64,000 bases of DNA, taken from positions 127 to 64,126 of the forward strand of contig CAOKPF010000002.1 in assembly GCA_948470565.1 (NCBI GenBank). The letters run 5' to 3'. The notes beneath the pieces are model-generated. The model made no database searches, was not told the DNA's origin, and saw nothing but the letters and a program-made list of their open reading frames with translations. Shown here one piece after another: positions 59,617 through 64,000 of this stretch (the first letter of the stretch is position 1; every line of letters begins with the position of its first letter). This DNA is from an uncultured Clostridium sp. Lineage in GTDB: Bacteria; Bacillota; Clostridia; TANB77; CAG-465. Made by a program: the position numbers and the translations under genes.

Positions 59617-61167
59617 ATTGGTGTCTTTTAACTTTATCTTACCATCTTCATATTTTAAAGTATTTTCCCAATCTTTTTTATTACAATAATTTTCTCCAAT
59701 AAAATTATAATAATATCCTTTGTATTTACTTAATTCACTTTCACTTTTTGGAGCATATATTAATACAGGCAACCCTATTGTATTATTTAATGCAGAAAAA
59801 ATATCAAACAAATTACCAAAATCATATACAATATAATCTGGTTTTCCATATGATGAAAGGAAAGCATTAAGAGATATTCTACCAACTTGCGGTAACACTT
59901 TTTTCATATTAGATAAACTATTACAAACTATACCTCTTTTGTATTTTGGATAATTTTCAAAAAACCATCTTACCACAAATGGATTAAAGCTTTGAATATA
60001 TACTTCGCCTTTAAATTCGGCTAACTCATGTATCATAGCCTTTTCTAATTTTCTATCAAGATAATGTGCATCTTTTATATCCAAAATTAACACAGCATCT
60101 TTTCTATTTATAGTTTCTAATACACTCTTTAAACTTGGTACATTTTCAATTTGAATTTTTTCAGCACACGAAGTGGGCTGGCCAATTATAGTGCTACTAA
60201 ATTTATCACTATGATAACACCGTGCCTCTTTTGATTTATCATACCAGCTAACATCAATTTCAGCAATGCAACCATACTCTATACATTGCTTTATAGATTC
60301 AACTGAATGTTCTTTATACCTTTTGTCAACTATTGCTCTATGTGCTATTGGTATACTAAGTAATTTATCATTTTCATCTATACGTGTACGATACCTATTT
60401 ATAATATACCAAAATTTATCTGTTATATTCTTAAACACTTTATCTTCTTCTAGTGCCATAACAATATTCTTAAATTTAAGCGCATCATACGCTCTTGTTA
60501 TAGAACTTGATTTTTTATCATATAATATCTTTATTTCCTTTCTAAATATATTGTATTTAAAAAATGTTAGTTTAGGAAAAAACTTTTTAATACAAAAATA
60601 GTTATTTAAATTTGGACATAAAATATATACTTGTCCATATTTTCTATACTCTTCAATTATTTTATACAAAGCCAATTTATCACTCTTACCTATTATCTCT
60701 TTTATTTCAAGTATAATAGGAACTCTTCCATTAATAAATTTTAATGCTTCTTTTAACATAAGCACTCTTTTCTTACTATCTAGTATTTTAAATTTTCGTA
60801 TATTATTTGATGTTTTATTAGAAAATTTACCTGGAGTACTCAAAATTCTATCTGTATACCTGTCATTAAAACAAAAAAATACTCTATCTTGTGTAACCCT
60901 TACAGGAACTAATATACCCATACCAATATCTATTGCTCTTTGGTAAGAATCAATTGTATTTTCATCATTGTTTAATTGCATTCCACCTGATATATACTGT
61001 GTATCATATATTTTCCCTGATTTTTTAGGATAATACCGAAACTTATCTAAAAAATTTTTTAGCTTTAATTTATAAATATCTACTCTAGTATATGCAAAAA
61101 TATATATTAGTAACAGTACTGCAATTATAGAAAAAATTATAATTTCTGATACATATTTTATAACCAT
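59614..61167 (-). CDS. membrane-anchored protein with two glycerophosphodiester phosphodiesterase (GDPD)-like domains
   Basis: IAHRAIVDKRYKEHSVESIKQCIEYGCIAEIDV resembles the GDPD HR...E.D motif; an N-terminal half of similar size precedes it. Confidence 0.6.
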   Translation of the reverse strand: MVIKYVSEIIIFSIIAVLLLIYIFAYTRVDIYKLKLKNFLDKFRYYPKKSGKIYDTQYISGGMQLNNDENTIDSYQRAIDIGMGILVPVRVTQDRVFFCFNDRYTDRILSTPGKFSNKTSNNIRKFKILDSKKRVLMLKEALKFINGRVPIILEIKEIIGKSDKLALYKIIEEYRKYGQVYILCPNLNNYFCIKKFFPKLTFFKYNIFRKEIKILYDKKSSSITRAYDALKFKNIVMALEEDKVFKNITDKFWYIINRYRTRIDENDKLLSIPIAHRAIVDKRYKEHSVESIKQCIEYGCIAEIDVSWYDKSKEARCYHSDKFSSTIIGQPTSCAEKIQIENVPSLKSVLETINRKDAVLILDIKDAHYLDRKLEKAMIHELAEFKGEVYIQSFNPFVVRWFFENYPKYKRGIVCNSLSNMKKVLPQVGRISLNAFLSSYGKPDYIVYDFGNLFDIFSALNNTIGLPVLIYAPKSESELSKYKGYYYNFIGENYCNKKDWENTLKYEDGKIKLKDTN

Positions 61168-61386
61168 AAAAAAATCCTCCTTTATTTAATTATTTAATTA
61201 ATAATACATATTATAGTGATTTTATTATAACAAAATTACTTATATTTGTCAAATCCAATATTTCTTATTTTTATATCAATTATTATTAGAAAATATTTTT
61301 TACCTGTAACAATTTTTAACTACATGAATATAGTATATTAAGTTAGATAGATAAAAGCTATCAAACTTATCAAGGATGTGTTATAT

Positions 61387-61521
61387 ATGTGCAAAGACAA
61401 TTCACCTATATGGTTTGTTCTATTAGTAGTTATATTATTTAGATGTAGTAACAAAAGTAATTTATCTACACCATTGAACTTTAATACTTTTTTTGAGTTA
61501 GAAAGTTCAACTCCTTTTTAG
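61387..61521 (+). CDS. 44-aa peptide with hydrophobic core (PIWFVLLVVILF)
   Basis: ATG after aaggatg; tandem with the next peptide. Confidence 0.3.
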   Translation: MCKDNSPIWFVLLVVILFRCSNKSNLSTPLNFNTFFELESSTPF

Positions 61522-61552
61522 GAGATTAAATTTGCAAAGGGGTGAATTTAAG

Positions 61553-61717
61553 ATGATAGATGAAAGATGTGGTTGCGGATGCGGATGTGGATGCAATAAC
61601 AATTGCGGATGCGGATGTGGTTGCGGATGTAATAGTGGAAGCGGATTTTTCGGTGGAAACTGTTGCTGTATATGGATTGTTCTTATTATAATTGTGTTAT
61701 GTTGTTGCTGTTGCTAA
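61553..61717 (+). CDS. 54-aa Cys/Gly-rich peptide with C-terminal TM segment
   Basis: MIDERCGCGCGCGCNNNCGCGCGCGCNSGSGFFGGNCCCIWIVLIIIVLCCCCC; RBS aggggtg; 18 of 54 residues are Cys. Confidence 0.5.
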   Translation: MIDERCGCGCGCGCNNNCGCGCGCGCNSGSGFFGGNCCCIWIVLIIIVLCCCCC

Positions 61718-61741
61718 TTTAGCACATATTACATACTGACG

Positions 61742-61776
61742 AAGGGTATCTAATAATGCTTAGATACCTTTTATTT
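61742..61776 (+). terminator. terminator after the Cys-rich peptide gene
   Basis: aagggtatcta / tagatacctt followed by a T run. Confidence 0.65.
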
Positions 61777-61863
61777 ATAATTCAGTTACCAATTATATAC
61801 AACGCAAAATATAATATTAAAAAATTTCATATTTTGTAGTAGCTTTATTACTAAAAAATACAA

Positions 61864-61958
61864 AAGGGGCTGTAAAAAAAGTCATATTATTGTAAATTAT
61901 AATAATAAAAATCATTGAAAATACATATGTAAATTCAATGATTTTTTACAGCCCCCTT
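61864..61958. repeat. 95-nt long inverted repeat
   Basis: aaggggctgtaaaaaa ... ttttttacagcccccttat with an inner hairpin tcattgaa/ttcaatga. Confidence 0.5.
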
Positions 61959-62195
61959 ATTTAGTAATATTAAATTATACTAAATTTAATAATTTTGGTA
62001 AACATATCATACTTTACTAACATTTGTCTTAAATATACCTGCTCAATATAGTCATGTGAAATATACTCTGGAGATAATACAACAACTGGTATATTATCTT
62101 CTCACTCTTTTTCTGGTAAACACATTCCAAGAAATATCAAGCTTATAACATCAAAAGATCAATATTTTTACAAAATTTAGCAAATTTTTACAATT

Positions 62196-62810
62196 TTACT
62201 GCTTTTCTAGCATATTTTTACTTATTACAATTACTCTTTTTTTTAAGATTTTATATATAATAAATATTATTATCCCAATAATAATAGGCATCTTTAATAC
62301 ATTTACATATTCTAAAATTATAGTCCAGTTATCACCTAAATAATAACCTGCATATACAAATAAAAATGTCCAAGGAATAGAACCAATCGTAGTATATATT
62401 ACAAATTTAATAAGACTTAATCTCTTAATCCCTATTGGTAAAGATATAAATGTACGAATAATAGGTAAATTTCTGCCTATAAGAGCAGAAATCATTCCAT
62501 ACTTTAAAAACCAATTATCAGATTTTTCTATATCTTTATTTTTCATAAAAAAATATTTTCCATACTTTTCAATAAAGGTTCTTCCACCAAAATATCCCAT
62601 ACTATATATAACTATTGCACAAAATACACTTCCAATAATCCCTGTAATAAATGCTCCCCAAAATGAAAAAATACCATTTGCTGCCAAAATACCACCAGTA
62701 GCAAGAATAAGTTCACTTGGGATAATTATAATAACTGCTTCAAGTATCATACCAAGAAACAGCCCAAAATAACCTAAATTAGCAATTAAATCTATAATCC
62801 ATGTATCCAT
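62196..62810 (-). CDS. DedA/VTT-family membrane protein
   Basis: Start at MDTWIIDL after agagg; IIPSELILATGG motif. Confidence 0.8.
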   Translation of the reverse strand: MDTWIIDLIANLGYFGLFLGMILEAVIIIIPSELILATGGILAANGIFSFWGAFITGIIGSVFCAIVIYSMGYFGGRTFIEKYGKYFFMKNKDIEKSDNWFLKYGMISALIGRNLPIIRTFISLPIGIKRLSLIKFVIYTTIGSIPWTFLFVYAGYYLGDNWTIILEYVNVLKMPIIIGIIIFIIYKILKKRVIVISKNMLEKQ

Positions 62811-62969
62811 AATATACCTCTTTATACAATTATAATTAACAAAAGATATTTTATGAATAGATTTTATACAAATTTTTATTCCTACTTTTAGCAAAAATGA
62901 ACAAATAAATACCAATAGCTAATTTATATCTCAAACTATTGGTATTATTAATTTAATATTTATTGTATA

Positions 62970-63299
62970 TTATAATTTCTTTCCACCAAGTAAATGATAA
63001 TGTATATGAGGAACTTCCTGTCCTCCATCATTTCCAGTATTACATACTATTCTATAACCTGTATCTTTTACACCACATATCTTTGCAACTTCCTTTATTG
63101 CTAAATTCATTTTACTTATATACAAAATATTTTCTTCAGATACATAATTACAGTCTTTTATATGTAATTTAGGTACAATTAATACATGTACTGGTGCAAC
63201 AGGATTTATATCATTAAATGCCAAAATATATTCATCTTCATATACCTTACTACATGGTATATCACCTTTTATAATTTTACAAAATAAACACTCTTCCAT
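62970..63299 (-). CDS. HIT-family (histidine triad) protein
   Basis: CLFCKII...HVLIVPK...VPHIHYHLLGG (HxHxHxx). Confidence 0.85.
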   Translation of the reverse strand: MEECLFCKIIKGDIPCSKVYEDEYILAFNDINPVAPVHVLIVPKLHIKDCNYVSEENILYISKMNLAIKEVAKICGVKDTGYRIVCNTGNDGGQEVPHIHYHLLGGKKL

Positions 63300-63300
63300 A

Positions 63301-64000
63301 TTATTTATTATCCTCCACAAATATTGCTTTTATTCTTCTAACTCCACTAGACACTGCCTCTTCTTTTATAATTTTTATATGTCTTAATTTAGATGTATTA
63401 TCCACATGTGGTCCACCACAAATCTCCTTTGAAAAATCACCTATTGAATAGACTTTAACTTTCTCTCCATATTTACTATTAAATACTCCCTTAGCGCCAC
63501 TTATCCTTGCTTCATCTAATGACATTTCCTCACAAGTAACCTCTAAATTATTATCAATTTGCTCATTTACAAGATTTTCTACTTTATCTAAATCTTCTCT
63601 ACTAACTTTACTTGGATTTGGAAAATCAAATCTCATTCTCTCAGCAGTTATATTAGAACCTTTTTGCATTATATGCTCACCTAGTACTCTTTTTAACGCT
63701 TCATTTACCAAATGGGTTGCTGTATGATATGCAGTTGTTATTTCACTATTGTCAGCAAGTCCACCTTTAAAAGTTCCCTTTTCATTTTGACGCGATTTTT
63801 CTTGATGCTCTCTAAAACATTTATCAAATCCCTCCATATCTGCTCCAAAATTAATTTCTTTGGCAAATTCTAATGTTACTTCTGGTGGAAAACCATAAGT
63901 ATCGTATAATCTAAATAGAGTCTTGCCAGGTATAACATAAACATCTTGCTCTCTTAATTTATTTGTAATCTTTACAAATTCCTTTTCTCCTTTTTCTAAA
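63301..64000 (-). CDS. alaS: alanine--tRNA ligase-like protein, C-terminal part (5' end outside window), ending right after the editing domain
   Basis: LYDTYGFPPEVTLEFA, HTATHLV (HxxxH), CGGPHV (CxxxH), GVRRIKA. The frame is open to the window edge. Confidence 0.8.
   Translation of the reverse strand, partial: LEKGEKEFVKITNKLREQDVYVIPGKTLFRLYDTYGFPPEVTLEFAKEINFGADMEGFDKCFREHQEKSRQNEKGTFKGGLADNSEITTAYHTATHLVNEALKRVLGEHIMQKGSNITAERMRFDFPNPSKVSREDLDKVENLVNEQIDNNLEVTCEEMSLDEARISGAKGVFNSKYGEKVKVYSIGDFSKEICGGPHVDNTSKLRHIKIIKEEAVSSGVRRIKAIFVEDNK

Noticed and set aside
61532-61552. Upstream alternative start of the Cys-rich peptide ORF given in the track
   Set aside because: It is a non-ATG start with no RBS. 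The ATG at 61553 is preceded by aggggtg at the proper spacing.
61561-61650. Short tandem TGCGGA/TGTGGA repeats that could be mistaken for a repeat array
   Set aside because: 6-nt period, no spacers, and in frame within a plausible ORF. It is a coding Cys-Gly repeat, not a CRISPR array or satellite.

Overview
Low-GC (about 25-30% GC by eye) Firmicutes/Clostridia-like chromosome segment; most genes are on the minus strand. From left to right: (1) a partial D-lactate-type dehydrogenase gene. (2) A 2.5-kb accessory block (AlbA_2 fragment, AlkD-like, VOC-like) bracketed by 107-bp direct repeats, followed by an MFS-like transporter. (3) A cell-division/cell-wall cluster, murE-mraY-ftsW-murG-ftsQ-DUF881-sbp, with no murF or murD, whose upstream side is replaced by accessory DNA. 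(4) A frameshifted HipA-like kinase cassette, a degenerate ISL3 element and a pilin-like 637-aa surface protein gene. (5) A siphovirus-type prophage of about 37 kb (18247-55318). Its att core is TACGCG(TG)nTA and it has arm-type repeats. Modules run integrase, CI, Cro and antirepressors, then RecT/YqaJ recombination, replication with ori iterons, an ArpU-like late regulator, terS/terL, portal, a gp7-ADP-ribosyltransferase fusion, scaffold and capsid, tail, holin and CHAP endolysin. (6) A multiply broken AAA-ATPase/PDDEXK_9 pseudogene carrying a GC-rich, highly structured 147-nt insertion. (7) DUF4363/DUF421, a double-GDPD protein, two small Cys-rich peptides, DedA, HIT and a partial alaS-like gene. 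No rRNA, tRNA or CRISPR array was seen. The observations I rate highest are: three unrelated mobile-element genes whose frame breaks all sit at N-CGG-A and are repaired by a +1 skip of the C; the structured GC-rich insertion at 56275-56421; a promoter-driven structured RNA or leader with an anti-SD-like motif upstream of the late/packaging genes (39830-40057); an opposite-strand lysogeny moron (50712-51263); and the gp7-ART fusion with a coupled Cys-rich ORF. All functional calls rest on remembered family motifs and gene order, not on database searches.
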